A stretch of 64,000 bases of DNA from the human T2T-CHM13v2.0 reference genome, Homo sapiens, in NCBI RefSeq assembly GCF_009914755.1, contig NC_060938.1; one strand, 5' to 3'. Of this stretch, positions 26,553 to 39,450 are shown in pieces. Position 1 is the first letter of the stretch. Each line of letters starts with the position of its first letter. The translations under genes were made by a program, and so were the position numbers. The notes below the pieces were generated by a model. It saw only the letters and a program-made list of their open reading frames with translations, was not told the origin of the DNA and did not search any database.

Positions 26553-26904
26553 GTAAGTACTGTCAAGAAGTACACGATTTCTAGAAAAATGCTTGTGATT
26601 ATGATATGGAACATTTAATTGGAGCAAAAAAAAAATTGGCTTTGTATGTTGCCTCTAGTGAGATTTTGAGATTTTAGTTTTCAGGTGGCCAGTTTGAGAA
26701 ACTTGTTATTAAAAATCTGAACATTAATAAGCATTGCTTGTTATTCATTATATTTTTTATATTGTAATATTTACAGTAAGTACTTTTTTTAAAGTATGCC
26801 TATAACATTGTCCATAATGTATTTACGGCAACGAAGAGGTTTATTTCAGAGAGAAAAATAAATGGGCCAAATTTAGATCATTAGGGCTTAGAGGAAAATG
26901 TTAG

Positions 26905-27020
26905 TGATTCACTCATTCAAAAATGTTTTATGAGTGTTTGCTATGTTCCATACTGGGTGTTTTAGTTATGGGATTACAGAGAACAACACAGACTTGAATC
27001 CCTGCCCTTATAGGGTTTCC
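26905..27020 (-). mobile_element. L2 3' end fragment
   Basis: ATTCACTCATTCAAAAATGTTTTATGAGTGTTTGCTATGTTCC ... ATCCCTGCCCTTATAGGG. Confidence 0.6.
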
Positions 27021-27059
27021 TTGTAAACCCCAGAAGTTTTAGTGAATATCCAGGTTTAA

Positions 27060-27630
27060 CATAGTTTCCTTTTGAATTAGGATATTTTTGCAGGAAAAAA
27101 CCCACTCAAAATGATCTAAAATCAGTGAAAATGTACTATTCCCACATAAGAAGTGCCGATGAAGGCCAGCTCCAGGGTTGGTGGTTCAGTGGTTCTGTGA
27201 CATCCAGTGCACTGGGTTCTCTCTGTCTTGCCTTCTGCCTCCCGTGGTGCACCAGCCTCTTCCTGGGAGGTCTTCTTGTGGGTGAGAGCTGGCTCCTGCA
27301 CTTCCAGATGTCCCCTGCCGCATGACAACTTCCAGCCAGAGAAGAGGGTGGCAGAAGCACTGTTTCTTCCTTGTCTCTTCTTAGAGCACAGACACCTTTC
27401 TTGGAAGCCTCCAAGAAGATATCATGTGTCATCAGTCAGAGCCCAGTCATGTGCTGTGCCCACCTGTAAACCAGCTATTGGGAAGAGGGCTGGGAGTGTC
27501 ATGTTGGGTTAATCAGGATTCCCCACCACCCCCCAACCCCCGCCCCAGCCACATGAACAGTAGCTGAGCTCTGTCACCAAGAAAGCTGAAGGGAAGAGCT
27601 GTGGCACAAGCACCCAAGAGTGTCTGTCCT
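27060..27630 (-). mobile_element. Old MaLR solo LTR (MLT1K/L-like)
   Basis: TTAGGATATTTTTGCAGGAAAAAACCCACTCAAAATG start and GGCACAAGCACCCAAGAGTGTCTG end. Confidence 0.6.
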
Positions 27631-28186
27631 GTCGTCATGTCAAGCTACATGCGCCATCTACCTTTGAGAATTTAAACGGTGATTATTATGAAAACATAAT
27701 GACCCCGACTTGTTGGCTTAACATTTTTGGAATTTTCTAGCTTTAATAAAAGGTCTTTCTTTATGACTGTCCTTTCTCTTCTCTATCCTGACAGTGAGAA
27801 CATAGAAAGTACTTTTAGATAACAGGATAGGAGCATGGCATAAGTATAACTGAAAAGAGAAAACACACCAGATTCCTGGAATCTCATGGGGTTGTGGGGA
27901 AGGTAAAAAGAATCTTAGAGGGAGAAGCCCAGGCCTCGATTTTCTGCAAGTTCTTGAGAACTATGATGTGTGTCCAGTGATAAGTCATTCATCCATTCAG
28001 CACTTCTTTTATATTGTCGAAAGGATGGCATATGTTATCCTTGTGATTATTAGCTTTAAATAGAAAATGAAAATTCATCACCTTCCTCCCCTCTGCCTCT
28101 ATGCAATGTATTAAAGAAATTCCAGAATCCTTTCCATTTCAACATCATCTTAACCTACTTTTTCTGTTCTGCTGTGTTCTCTCCAG

Positions 28187-28375
28187 GAAAAGGCAGCAAA
28201 GTGGAAAAACCCCGACGGCCACATGGATGGGCTCACTACTAATGGCGTCCTGGTGATGCATCCACGAGGGGGCTTCACCGAGGAGTCCCAGCCCGGGGTC
28301 TGGCGCGAGATCTCTGTCTGTGGAGATGTGTACACCTTGCGAGAAACCAGGTCGGCCCAGCAACGAGGAAAGCTG
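28187..28375 (+). CDS. PELI2: Pellino-2 coding exon 5 (189 nt): EKAAKWKNPDGHMDGLTTNG...QQRGKL, FHA T187/N188
   Basis: Long pyrimidine tract ending ctccag|GAA and donor CTG|gtgagt. Contains the Pellino DGLTTNGV motif. Confidence 0.97.
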
Positions 28376-29614
28376 GTGAGTGTGCTTCACTCTGCAAGTG
28401 TGAAGTACGAAACTACTCAAGCCTAACTCGAAGGCTATCATTTTCCTCCCCTGATGTTCAGAACCTTTGTGCAGGTCCAAGCGCCATGTACTGTAACTCA
28501 GGAGAAGCAGAATTCCACAAGCCCCTGAAATCAAGAGGGAAATGGCCTTATCTCCTTCAGGGGTTCAACTTTTCCCATAGTGGGAGTAAATTGTGTTTTG
28601 CTCCTTACCACCTGAAGAGCATTATCTTTTATTATATACCTCACCACAAAAATCTACTTAAATTCACTTTAAGGAGAAGAAACTTATTTTTAGTGTAAAA
28701 CTTTATTGATTTGGAAAACGTTTGAGCAGTCCAAAAACAATTAGTAAAAATTATGCATTAAGGAATTATTTACTAGACTTTCTGGAAGTAAAAAATAAGT
28801 CAGCTGGTTTTCCCTTTGAATTCCTATATATTAAGGCAGAATTCTCTATACTGTCCACCAAAATCATAGTTACAACTGTTTACTTGAAATGATTTATATA
28901 CTGCATTGACCTGGCATGTTAATATTTTCCTATAAATATCACCACTTATCCCCATGCCCTAAAGCAGTTTTTTTAAACCCATTCTTTCTTGGAGAATAAT
29001 TATAATACCTTAAATATAGAACTTTGGGTTTCTGATCTTGCCATAGCCATGTAGCACAGCCACTGATTTTTAGTAAGCTGTCCATTCCTGTACTTTTCTT
29101 AATTTGCTAGGTAGAAGCTAGAACGAGAGAGAACAAATGTCTTTTTCTAGAAGCTAGAAAAGAAGGAGTTCTTCAAAACTCCCACAGAATAAAATGTATA
29201 CAGAATAGAGGATTTGACCTAGCACTTGTCAGAGAGAAAGATCATCACCAAAAATGTCTAAGATGGAAAAAGAAGTTGGGGGCTGTTTCACTGACCTCAT
29301 TTGCTGTTCTCTACTGGATGTTTGTGTTTAGGGAATGGTTATTTTTATTTCTATTTTACACCATTTTTCAGCTTCAGGCACAGCGTATGCGTCTTACAGT
29401 GCACCATGGCTGAATAAATATGAGAAGCATTTTCTAAAAAAAAAGCAAATTCAATAAATTTTGTATGAATGTTTTCAAGAAATTGTAAACAAAGGAGGAA
29501 ATGTGAAAGCAGTTTTTCTAAATAATCTTTTGTTTCTGATCACTGGATAGTTTTATACAAAACTGACCTAGATTGGCCAAACTGGTTATTCATCATTATA
29601 ACAGCAAGAGTAAG

Positions 29615-29850
29615 AAGTCAGTAAATGGTTGCTGGGTGCAGACTCTGCGTTAACATTTCCGACATGAGCTCACTTCATCTGCACAGCAGCCCTCTTAGGG
29701 AAGTAGAGTCATCCCCATTTCATGGATGAGGAAGATGTGGCGTGAAGTTAAAGATTGCCCAGTGTCACAGAGTTAGCAGGTGGCAGCCAGTGGGATTCAA
29801 ACTCAGGTCTCCCTGATGGAGAGCCTGGACACCTAATACTACTCAGTACC
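29615..29850 (-). mobile_element. MIR
   Basis: Core ATCCCCATTTCATGGATGAGGAAG ... GGGATTCAAACTCAGGTCT. Confidence 0.75.
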
Positions 29851-30944
29851 ATGTTGTGGGGAGCCAGGGATGGTTTACACCTGAGCATTTGCCTCCCTGG
29901 GTGAGTATAAAGCATACGCTGGAGTCCGTGGGGAGCGCCTTTGTCCAGGAGGGCATATCACAGGATGAGTTTCTCGTCCACTCTGGTTATTGTGTAATGA
30001 CCCTTCTCAGGCTGCTATGTGTGCTGGAGAATTTTACAGTGCGACTGAAAAGAACGAACTCCAAAAATGGCTTGTATTAATGAGTTGTATTAAATATACA
30101 GGCTATTTTTGAAGTTAGTCCCTATAAGCGACACTGAGAACTATGTAAAATTGTGCTGTCCTATTTGATAGCATCCGATTAACCTGGCCAGTTACAAAGG
30201 CTTCTATCAGCCTGATCTTGGGCTTATGGGACACTGAACGGATACATTCTTCCTGCAATCTCCTCTTGTTAACCTCTGGAGAACAGTTTTTGTCTGTCTT
30301 CGAGGAAAGCTTACTGACTCTTTGAACTTCTGTTTCAATTCATGACTCATTGGTCCTGTACATGTTGCTGGTAGCATTTGATATAAATTATGTTTATCTG
30401 GAGGTTAGATTTTGGAGACAGTCTCTGGCAGTACTTGTCATTTGCAGTCTAATACAGAAATATGAGAAATAAAGTGAGCTGCTAAAAGTCTAAAATATTT
30501 GTTAAAACAATAGTAGTCACATTGTGGAGCTAGTGCTGGTGGAAGATTATGTATTAATATCATACTGAGCATTTGATATGAATCAATATACTAATGTATG
30601 TGTAACAAGAAATCACCGTTGTTTTTCATTATTACAGCAAATGATGGAACCTCAGAACTGTGTACTAATCAACAAAATTAATTAAATATGGGGGAAATGT
30701 CTTTTCAGGCCTTTAACTCCCTGAATAAATAGGTGAATGGAGTTTGAATTGTGCCCTCCTTTTTTAGCTAGTTAATGATAACATATGGTAACATTTATAA
30801 TATTACTCCAGGAGGGCCTTGAGTATTTAATTAAATTATATATGAAGTATTTTATTAAACTAAACTGGCTTTGTATAAAATTAAGTAAATTCAGTTAAGT
30901 TGATTGCATACCTAATTTTAGGTGAAATTATAAAAATAACCATA

Positions 30945-31130
30945 GCGTAGCTATGGTCAGGCTCTAGCAGGTGCATTACATTAATTGTCTTTCCAGTGTT
31001 GCTTAAAATAACCCGTGAAGTCAGTGTTGTTATTGTGTCCGTCTACAGATGAGGAAACCTGGGCTTTAAAAGGTTAAGTCACTTGCTAATAAGAAGTGGT
31101 GGATGGGGGGTTGAATTCACTACCCTGTGC
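30945..31130 (-). mobile_element. MIR
   Basis: TACAGATGAGGAAACCTGGGCTTTAAAAGGTTAAGTCACTTGC. Confidence 0.7.
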
Positions 31131-31284
31131 TTAGATAGTTGCTATGTAGGGGCCATTAGTTGCCATGGTAGAGGCCAAATGTCTCTTGCTTCCACAATAC
31201 TGTCAATTCCTGTGCCTGCTCATAGCTTTTCTTTTGTGGTAGAATTTAAAAAATAAAATCTGAATTCATGCCTACTAATGATTG

Positions 31285-31507
31285 CTAAATCAGGCCACCA
31301 GGTTCAAGTCCTGGTTTCACCACTTAGTTCTGTGGTATTGAATTGACGACGTAACCTCTCTGTGCCTGGCTTCCACATCTCCCAAACTGGAATAATATTA
31401 ATACATGTCTAATAGGACTGTTGTGAGAACTAAATTAATTCAGTAGCTGGAAAGGATTGGAACAGTGCTGGACACAGTAATGCCCCATGACTGGCTGGTT
31501 GTTATTA
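31285..31507 (+). mobile_element. MIR
   Basis: GGTTCAAGTCCTGG...CCACTTA...AACCTCTCTGTGCCT...GTTGTGAGAACTAAAT...GAACAGTGCTGGACACAGTAA. Confidence 0.8.
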
Positions 31508-32559
31508 CTAAGCAGGGGTTGCAAACTGGGGATGTGGCAGAAAACACCAAGTCCACGCTCTGCCCTCTAATTGCATGGTCTGGAGGAGGTCACAGACTAG
31601 GCAGCAGATCAGCAGATACTGTGTGATGAGCACAGTCATGAGAAGGTACCGAAGGTACTTTCCCTCCACAGGACACCTACCCCAGATGTGGGAGTCAAGG
31701 GTATGTGGAAAATAAAAAACCATACACCCCAGATTTATAATAAGACTTTGTTGTTTACCAAGAACTGCCCTGCAGGAGGAAAGGGGGGTTGTTCCACAGC
31801 CAGAGGCTAGGCCACCACCATACCTCAGCTTCTTACCACATCAGGGTGATCCTTTAGACACAGTTTTATCCTGCAATGAGGCCTCCTCTGAGAATTGCCT
31901 GTGGTCAGCAAGGTCAGGAGCCTCACGTCACCAGTTAGAGGAGAGGAGACCATGGGATGCTCGGTATGGTGGTGGGGCGGGGAAGGAGCATCAGCAAACT
32001 TCAGGCTGTCTGAAAGGAGTCACAGTGTATGTCCTGTACAGTATTAAGATTTATCATTTGTTGGGACCTTAACTTTTTCTAAAAACTAATACTTGGGAAG
32101 GGCTGATTTCTTCATGACAAGGAAAATGTCCAGGGCAAAGTGACATCCAGGTGAGACCTGGATGACAAGTAGGAGTTTGCCAACCAGGGCTCAGCTGGAG
32201 CAGGGTGTACTGGAGTGGAGTATTCTAGGCAGAGGTTGCTCTTGCACCTGCCTGTGGGCAGTCCGAGGTAGTGCGCTCATGGACTCCAGCTCCTTGCAGC
32301 TCATCGCAGGACAGTCCTGGTTTCCAGTTAGGAAGGGAAGAGCTACAGCAGGAGAAGTCGAGTGACTGCATTGGGAGTGACCTTTTAAGTGTGTTAAGAA
32401 GCTTGGGCTGTACCCCAAGGGCAGCAGAAAGCCGCCAAAGTCCTTTGAACCAAAGATTGACAAAATTTCTGGTGCTTCCCATACCTCTCTCTTTCCCTTA
32501 CATGGTTCTTTTCCTCCACCCCAGCTCCTGGCTCTGTCCTCAGTCCTCTCTGCCCTCCC

Positions 32560-33480
32560 TGGGACCCTGCCTGGGCAGTGGCATCCATTCCCACAGCTTC
32601 ACCTAGGTGCGGATAACATCCCAGATATGTTTCTTCGAGCCTGATCTGTCTCCAACGCTGCATCACACGTGCCTTGTATGCATTACCACCACCGATACTC
32701 TGCACACCCTCACATTCAGCACACCCAAAACTGAACTGGCCTGGCTCTTGCTGTTGAACTTATTTAGTTCTCACAACAATCCTATAAGACATGTATTGGC
32801 ATTATTCCAGCTTAATGGATGTGGAAGCCAGGCCCAGAGAGGTTAAGTCGTTGACTCAAGACCACAGAGCTACTAAGTGGTGAAATCAGGATTTACTCCC
32901 TCATCTGCCATTTCTCCTGTGTTTCTGTCTGTGGAAAGCACTGTTCTACCCAGACAACCAGGCACGTAAGAGGCTCTTGCTCAGATCAAGAGCTGAGTGC
33001 CATCGAGTCTAATTTCTTTCTCTCTAGTCCCTGTGCCTCTGTCTCTTGCCACTGAGACTGTCTTTGTTGAGGTGTACTCACCCTCTCTACCCAGAGAGAG
33101 CACCAGTTGCCTCCTTCACAGCTCATCTTTACCCCTCCAACCCACCCTCCAAAGTTCTAGAAGTGACCTTTTTGAAAGGTCAATCAGTTCTTTTATAGTT
33201 ACCTAAACCCCCTACCAACTCCCTCTGGGCATGGATGCCAGCCTCCCTCTCCCGCCTGGGTCTCTCGTCCCCCCCCACCCAGTGCCCTGAACTGCGTCCA
33301 TCCTTGTTCAGCCTGGCTGCACAGCCTCATCAAACTCCCTGTTGCTCCCTTGGTGCATATGCCATTTGGCCTCTCCTCCTTCTCCCTGCTGTGCCTTCCT
33401 GCTATCCTCCCTACTGAGGCCTGACATCTTTCTCAAATCTCTGTTAAAGAAAAACCTTTTAGAAACCATTTCTGACCGTC
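32560..33480 (+). mobile_element. L2 fragment with a nested antisense MIR (~32755-32905)
   Basis: Pyrimidine-rich L2-like blocks (CCCAAAACTGAACT, AGAAGTGACCTTTTTGAAAG). MIR core GGCCCAGAGAGGTTAAG. Confidence 0.6.
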
Positions 33481-33494
33481 TGTCATCATCAGAG

Positions 33495-33725
33495 TAATAG
33501 TAGCAGGTATTTACAGAGTGTTGACTGCGTACCAGACAGTGTTCTCTAAGAACTCTTTGCATTTACTTATCTAACACAACCACCTTTTCTAAAGTTTAAA
33601 CAAGGGGAAACTGAGGCACGAGGAGTTTAAGTAATCTGCACAGCGTCATACAGCTAATAAGTGGGAGAGCCAGGGTTCAAACCCAGAGTCCACACTCCTG
33701 GCTGCTATAAATTTGTGGCCTTGAA
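33495..33725 (-). mobile_element. MIR
   Basis: GGGGAAACTGAGGCACGAGGAGTTTAAGTAATCTGC ... GCCAGGGTTCAAACCCAG. Confidence 0.78.
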
Positions 33726-34259
33726 CAGTGCTTTACTGGCCTTCATGCACTCTGAGCTCTGGGCATGTCTGCCTTCCACTACTGAAGAGCAAGTCTCAGC
33801 AGGATGGGGAAGAGGTTTTATTGGCCTTTGGTACCTCCAAGGCTTAGCATGCATCTGGCATGTGGAGGCAGCGGTCACGTTCTTGCTGACCACGCCTAGC
33901 TGCTGCTTGTCAGCTGTTAATCAGTCTTATAAGCACTTAGTGCATAGCACAGGCCTCCTTCTAAAAATGAAGGCTCATGTTGAACTGTTTAGCTTCAAAC
34001 CTTAAAAATGAATGATGAAAGATAGATTCAAGGTGGAGGAAGCTAAGGGTCACCAGGAGTGCTTTGGACCCTCCAGTAATGACTGCAGGCCCCCCGCAAG
34101 ATCTTCTGGATTGGCTGTCATCAAGATGAGGATGAGTCTCCACTGGATGGACTGGTAGGACATCTCTCATCCTATGGGATCAGTGAGTCATTGTGTTACT
34201 GACTTAAGGAGTTAAAAAGAAAATCTTAGGAGATTTGTGAAGTTCATTAAAATAACCAC

Positions 34260-34390
34260 TACAGTAATTGAACATGTAAAGCTAGGTATACATACTGTGC
34301 TCAGGGCTTTGTACATACGGCATATATGTATCATATCCAGTGATCAGATGAGGAAGATGAGGCTCGGGGAGGATAGGTTACTCCCCCAGT
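34260..34390 (-). mobile_element. MIR fragment just upstream of exon 6
   Basis: CAGATGAGGAAGATGAGGCTCGGGGAGG. Confidence 0.6.
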
Positions 34391-34522
34391 TCTGTTTTTG
34401 TGGGATAAATTGCTTCCCTGTGTTATCTTCAAATATTTTTTTGCTTGTTCTGAGAGGAAAGAATCTTGGAGTGATTTGCTTGATTTTGCTTTTAAAAGGC
34501 ATGTGTCTCAAACTTGTTGTAG

Positions 34523-35089
34523 GTGGAAAGTGAGACCAACGTCCTGCAGGACGGCTCCCTCATTGACCTGTGTGGGGCCACTCTCCTCTGGAGAACAGCA
34601 GATGGGCTTTTTCATACTCCAACTCAGAAGCACATAGAAGCCCTCCGGCAGGAGATTAACGCCGCCCGGCCTCAGTGTCCTGTGGGGCTCAACACCCTGG
34701 CCTTCCCCAGCATCAACAGGAAAGAGGTGGTGGAGGAGAAGCAGCCCTGGGCATATCTCAGTTGTGGCCACGTGCACGGGTACCACAACTGGGGCCATCG
34801 GAGTGACACGGAGGCCAACGAGAGGGAGTGTCCCATGTGCAGGACTGTGGGCCCCTATGTGCCTCTCTGGCTTGGCTGTGAGGCAGGATTTTATGTAGAC
34901 GCAGGACCGCCAACTCATGCTTTCACTCCCTGTGGACACGTGTGCTCGGAGAAGTCTGCAAAATACTGGTCTCAGATCCCGTTGCCTCATGGAACTCATG
35001 CATTTCACGCTGCTTGCCCTTTCTGTGCTACACAGCTGGTTGGGGAGCAAAACTGCATCAAATTAATTTTCCAAGGTCCAATTGACTGA
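34523..35089 (+). CDS. PELI2: Pellino-2 terminal coding exon 6 (567 nt to TGA): end of FHA plus CHC2CHC2 RING-like E3 domain (C313/H315, C335/C338, C369/H371, C397/C400)
   Basis: Acceptor tgttgtag|GTG. The 188-aa ORF has SCGH, CPMC, PCGH and CPFC motifs and ends FQGPID*. Exon lengths are consistent with a 420-aa protein if 69 codons lie upstream of the window. Confidence 0.98.
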   Translation: MESETNVLQDGSLIDLCGATLLWRTADGLFHTPTQKHIEALRQEINAARPQCPVGLNTLAFPSINRKEVVEEKQPWAYLSCGHVHGYHNWGHRSDTEANERECPMCRTVGPYVPLWLGCEAGFYVDAGPPTHAFTPCGHVCSEKSAKYWSQIPLPHGTHAFHAACPFCATQLVGEQNCIKLIFQGPID

Positions 35090-38000
35090 CGCCCTTGACA
35101 GCCATCTACGACTTTATTAACAGGTTACTGTGAAGATTTTGCCACTAACTCTAGATTTTACCTTTTTGTAATGCTGTTTATCAGAGGAGGGTGACAGGGG
35201 CTGGAAATAAAGAGAGGGGACATAGTGATGAAACATGGCAGGAGTGTAACAGATACCAGTGGTGTGTTGCATGCTCAAAACAGCAGCGTCGTCATTGAAG
35301 TCTGCTTGATTAAACCATAATATCTTTGTAATAATTGGATTTAAAATGCTATGCTTCTATTTTTAACCTTGGGTTTTTAACCAAGTTTTTTTTTTTTTTG
35401 TAATCTTGGACAAGACTTTAAATCATATTTTACAGATGTAGAAGAAATTTATTCAAAAGTGTGGGCTCATGAAGTTCACTTCAGTGCAGTGTGGTGTAGG
35501 TGTTACGCGAAGGGCGCACAGTGTCTAGAAATACTTGATCGTGGCTCAAACCTGACCAGACAGCAGAGGGGCGGCTCTGTACAGTGTGACTGGTGGACAG
35601 ATGGCCTTAGGCACAGGTGGTTTTGAAATCTGGGGCTTTTTCTGATTTATTTTTCTGACTTGTTGGGGGAGAGAATATTCATAACTTGTGGGCTTTTTTT
35701 TTTTTTAACTTCAGTGGAATTTACTTTAGATATTCATTCATCAAATACATGGGACTTCACAAACAATTTTCCATAACTTTTTAGCCTGTCTTTTGTTATT
35801 TCTGCCTAATATGATTTGCCCCGATACTCATCTTGCACGGCCAGAACTGTTTGGTTGATTAAAATACATCAGCTCTTAAAAACTCATTAACTGAGGGTAA
35901 TTACAGTAGTAGACATGGTCTGGGTACTATACTACCATGTTTATTTGCTGACTGAATTAAGATTTAAGAATGATTAAAAATAAGCTTTTACTTTTTAAAA
36001 CCACTTGAGGTTTCATAAAGCTTGGGGTTTTTTTTTTTCCTTTGTTAAGAAAGCCAACCAATCACAATGATATAGTCATTGTTGTGCACTCCCTTTTCAC
36101 CATCTGTCACCTTCCCTTGCAGCTTAAGGAGCCCAGTAAGTTTTGAAAATGTTTGCGAATCAAACTAAATTTAAGTGGGATGATTAGATATACACAACAC
36201 CAAGTGGTACATCTGCAGAGATAATTCAAAATTCCTGCTTTTGAGAGAGCAAATGAGTGTTTGCTGAGGAATAATTAAATGAGAATTTCATAGGAGCTCC
36301 ACCATTCCTGTTACTTTCATTTCATTTTGATTAATAATTCTTGGATGCTTGGCATCGATCGTATCACTGCTCCTAGAAGGTAAAGATCCTTTAGGACATG
36401 AGACTGGTAGAAGCTGGCTGAGATAAAATAAGTATTTATTTAAACTAATGTTCTCTTAATTTGACCATTGCAGATTTGGGTGACTTTTTTTTAACCTTTG
36501 TACATATACGTAATTTATATGATTCTAATGTACTATATCCATACTTGAATTGGTTTTTTCGTATTTTGCCTACTGGCAAATATTTTGCCTATTTTCAGTC
36601 GTTCTAACCTATTTGAATACGCTTTTCCTTAAAGTGATACGATAATATTACTCTTGATTGCTGCTGCTTAATTTGATGTAATATGTTTAAAGTTCAGCCT
36701 CTCAGTTTTAATATAGCTTTATTTTTCAGTGGAGATCATTGTTTAGGATGAGACATTTTTGGTTTTGGTTTTGTTTGGGTAAATTTTAAATGGTGTGAAA
36801 ATCGATGACAACAGTCCTCTTACAGATAGCTTGCTGTATTCTGTATAGCTTACTCTACCTGCAGACAGAAAATGAAAGAAAAAAATGGACTTGCCTAGAA
36901 TAATATATTGAATGCCTTTTGATTTAGCCAGAGTCTCTGATGATTAGCTTTCGCTGATAGAGTATGTCTTTTCAGCCTGTAATTCTTTGGGCCCCAAAGA
37001 ATGACAAAGGAGGCACTCGTTCTCTTTTCTTGCTGTATGCCTAGAAAGTGGTTGAAGGATTCTTGATGCCCTAAAACCATCTTGTAAGCTAAATGGTCTT
37101 GCATCCAGAAAGGCCAGATTTTACCTACCAAGAAAAAAAGATATTTTTCCAGAGAGTTAGGTATATCATAATTTTCCATTTCAAGTCCTGTTTATAAGTC
37201 TAGTCATTCTGCAACGTGACATATCCCCCAAAATGAAGTTACCTTCCAAGTTGGACACGTCCCGTAGTTGGGCATATGTCTAACTAAAAGTTTCTGACTT
37301 TTAGTAAATTCAGCTTAAATATAAGTTGAAATTTGGGAAATAATTTCCAAGCTCTTGGAAGGGGTAACAGTGAACCGCCCTCCATGGGCTCCACATCTTT
37401 TCCTTTGGCTTCCAAAGTCAGGTCCCGCCCACCCTGCCTAAGGAACTGCAGAGAGGTGGCAAATCAGCAAAAAGGACACCAGGCTCTTCTTGGCCACTTG
37501 TAGGAAGATCCCTTTACAATTTTGACTAAGGAGATTTTTTTTTTCACAGTTGAGTTAGTTTGTGAAAATAAAGAACTCTGTAGCTCACCAAGGTGGAGAA
37601 ACGCAATTCAGAAAAGTAATTTCTCCAAGGTCACTTCTTTTTTTATGTCTTGCCATCACTTTAAAGGACTAGCCCCACTCCCCCATGTGTATACACAAGG
37701 AAATTGCAGACCAATTAGTTGTCTTGGCCTGACTCTAATGCCTTTTGCAAGTAGCTTTCCAGAAGTAAAAGTCCCAGTGATGTATTCCCATAGAAATATT
37801 TTTCAGTTGTTTATGTCGTTTACTACAAAAAAAAAGATTCAGAGTGGATGGAGTACAACTCTGAGTATTTTTCTAGTCCGGAATTTTTTATTAATAATCG
37901 GTGCTGCCGGGTCATGCATGCTGCAACTCTCAACATTTCCCTTATTTGGTTCAGCTTTTAGCAAAAAGGGCTACAGTTCACCCTGCAGAGTATTAAGGTT

Positions 38001-39450
38001 TCTGGATTTTTTTCTCCCAACTGTGGCCCAAAAGAATTAAAATCTGTTAATATAAATAGAGAACATATTTATCATTCCTCGATAGTTAATTATAGACTTT
38101 GGTACCTTTGTGCCTCAGGGAAGCCACGTGATATAACTGGTTATAGAATTTCAGGGTTAGGGTTTAAAGAAAGGAGAAAGCCATTGGAAAAATGATGGGC
38201 TCCATTAAGGAGACTAATGAATCTGGATGCAGAAATATGTCAGAAACTGGCATAAACATGATTGTAGTAGAATTTATTTTCCAGTACCAATAGGGAAATT
38301 ATTTTAAGTTATTACATTTACTGTATTGGGAAACTTGAGGAGAACTCTTTAGTTCATAAAGCTTCAATGTCTTTTTTTTTTTTTTCATGGAAAAACTCAA
38401 ACCTCTGTTATTTGGGAGCTCAGTATTGTGTGGACACTTACGAGAGTTTTCTGCTTAATTGAAGTGTAATATAGGTTGTAGAATTGTTACCTGCAGTTCT
38501 ATGGTTTTGTTTCACTTCTTTTCTTTTTTAAAGCCATTCTGTTCTTTGGATGTGCTTGAAAGGGTGTGTGATTACACCATTGTTAATGCTGGGTAAAAAC
38601 TATCTTCTTGCAGCCTTGCCTCATAACAGTGGAATTTCTGATAGACAAACCACAGGACTTTGATTTTAAGCCAAATCCATCTCCATCCCTTTACTGTCAA
38701 TCTTCTGTCCCAGTAGTTTAGCCTTTGTGGCTTAGGTTATGATGCGCCTCCTTCTGTGCGACCAATGAGACGACTTCAGCATCTTTTTAAAATAATCTAA
38801 GCATCATTGAAGCAGTAACACAAAAAAAAGGTTCAGTATTTTCTTTTTAGTATAACTTACATCCTTTCAAATAAGTCTTTGCCCTCATGAAGAATCCCTA
38901 GAGGAAGATAAGGAAAATAAGTATTTTCCAGTTTTGCTTGACAGTTTCTAAACAAACAAAAATAAACTCAATGAAAGGAAAGATGTTTCTTTTTAGCTGA
39001 GATGACAGATTGCTTCTCTGTATTAAATAGTCTAGAAGTTAAGGGGATGGTCACATTTACCATGTATTGTGTTATTAGCAGTTAAATTTTATGAATATGT
39101 TTGTAAAATTGTTGTTTTATATTTCATGTCAAATTGAAAAGTTTATTTCTTCACTATTGTACCTGTGGAAATACAAGCCATTTTACAGGAAAAAATCTTC
39201 AAAAACTATTAAATGGATATCAGCCTGTTTGTGAGCCATTGTCTTCAGATTCTGTGGTTGTCACTGAGTTCATTAGGACATTTAGTAGGTTGATACGAGT
39301 AGAACTGATTTTTTTCACTTCTCTAACTTCCAAGTTAATCTCCAGCTGTTGAGTTTATTAATTGTTTTATATTCTGCACAATACATATTTAAACCTTGAT
39401 TCTGAAAATCCCCTACATTTTTTAATTAAAGAAATTTCCTTGGTGCCTAT
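35090..39450 (+). other. PELI2: PELI2 3' UTR (~4.35 kb)
   Basis: Follows the stop codon. U-rich with many U-tracts and no recognisable transposon until ~39800. Ends near ATTAAA 39425. The exact end is inferred. Confidence 0.8.

Noticed and set aside
30945-31507. Closely spaced inverted MIR pair
   Set aside because: The copies are too diverged by eye to form a stable duplex.
34508-35050. 180-aa antisense ORF over exon 6
   Set aside because: Shadow of the GC-rich PELI2 coding strand. No recognisable domain and no independent gene signals.
35087-35098. Stop context TGA-C suggesting readthrough
   Set aside because: Not the TGA-CTAG motif, and a second in-frame TGA follows after two codons.
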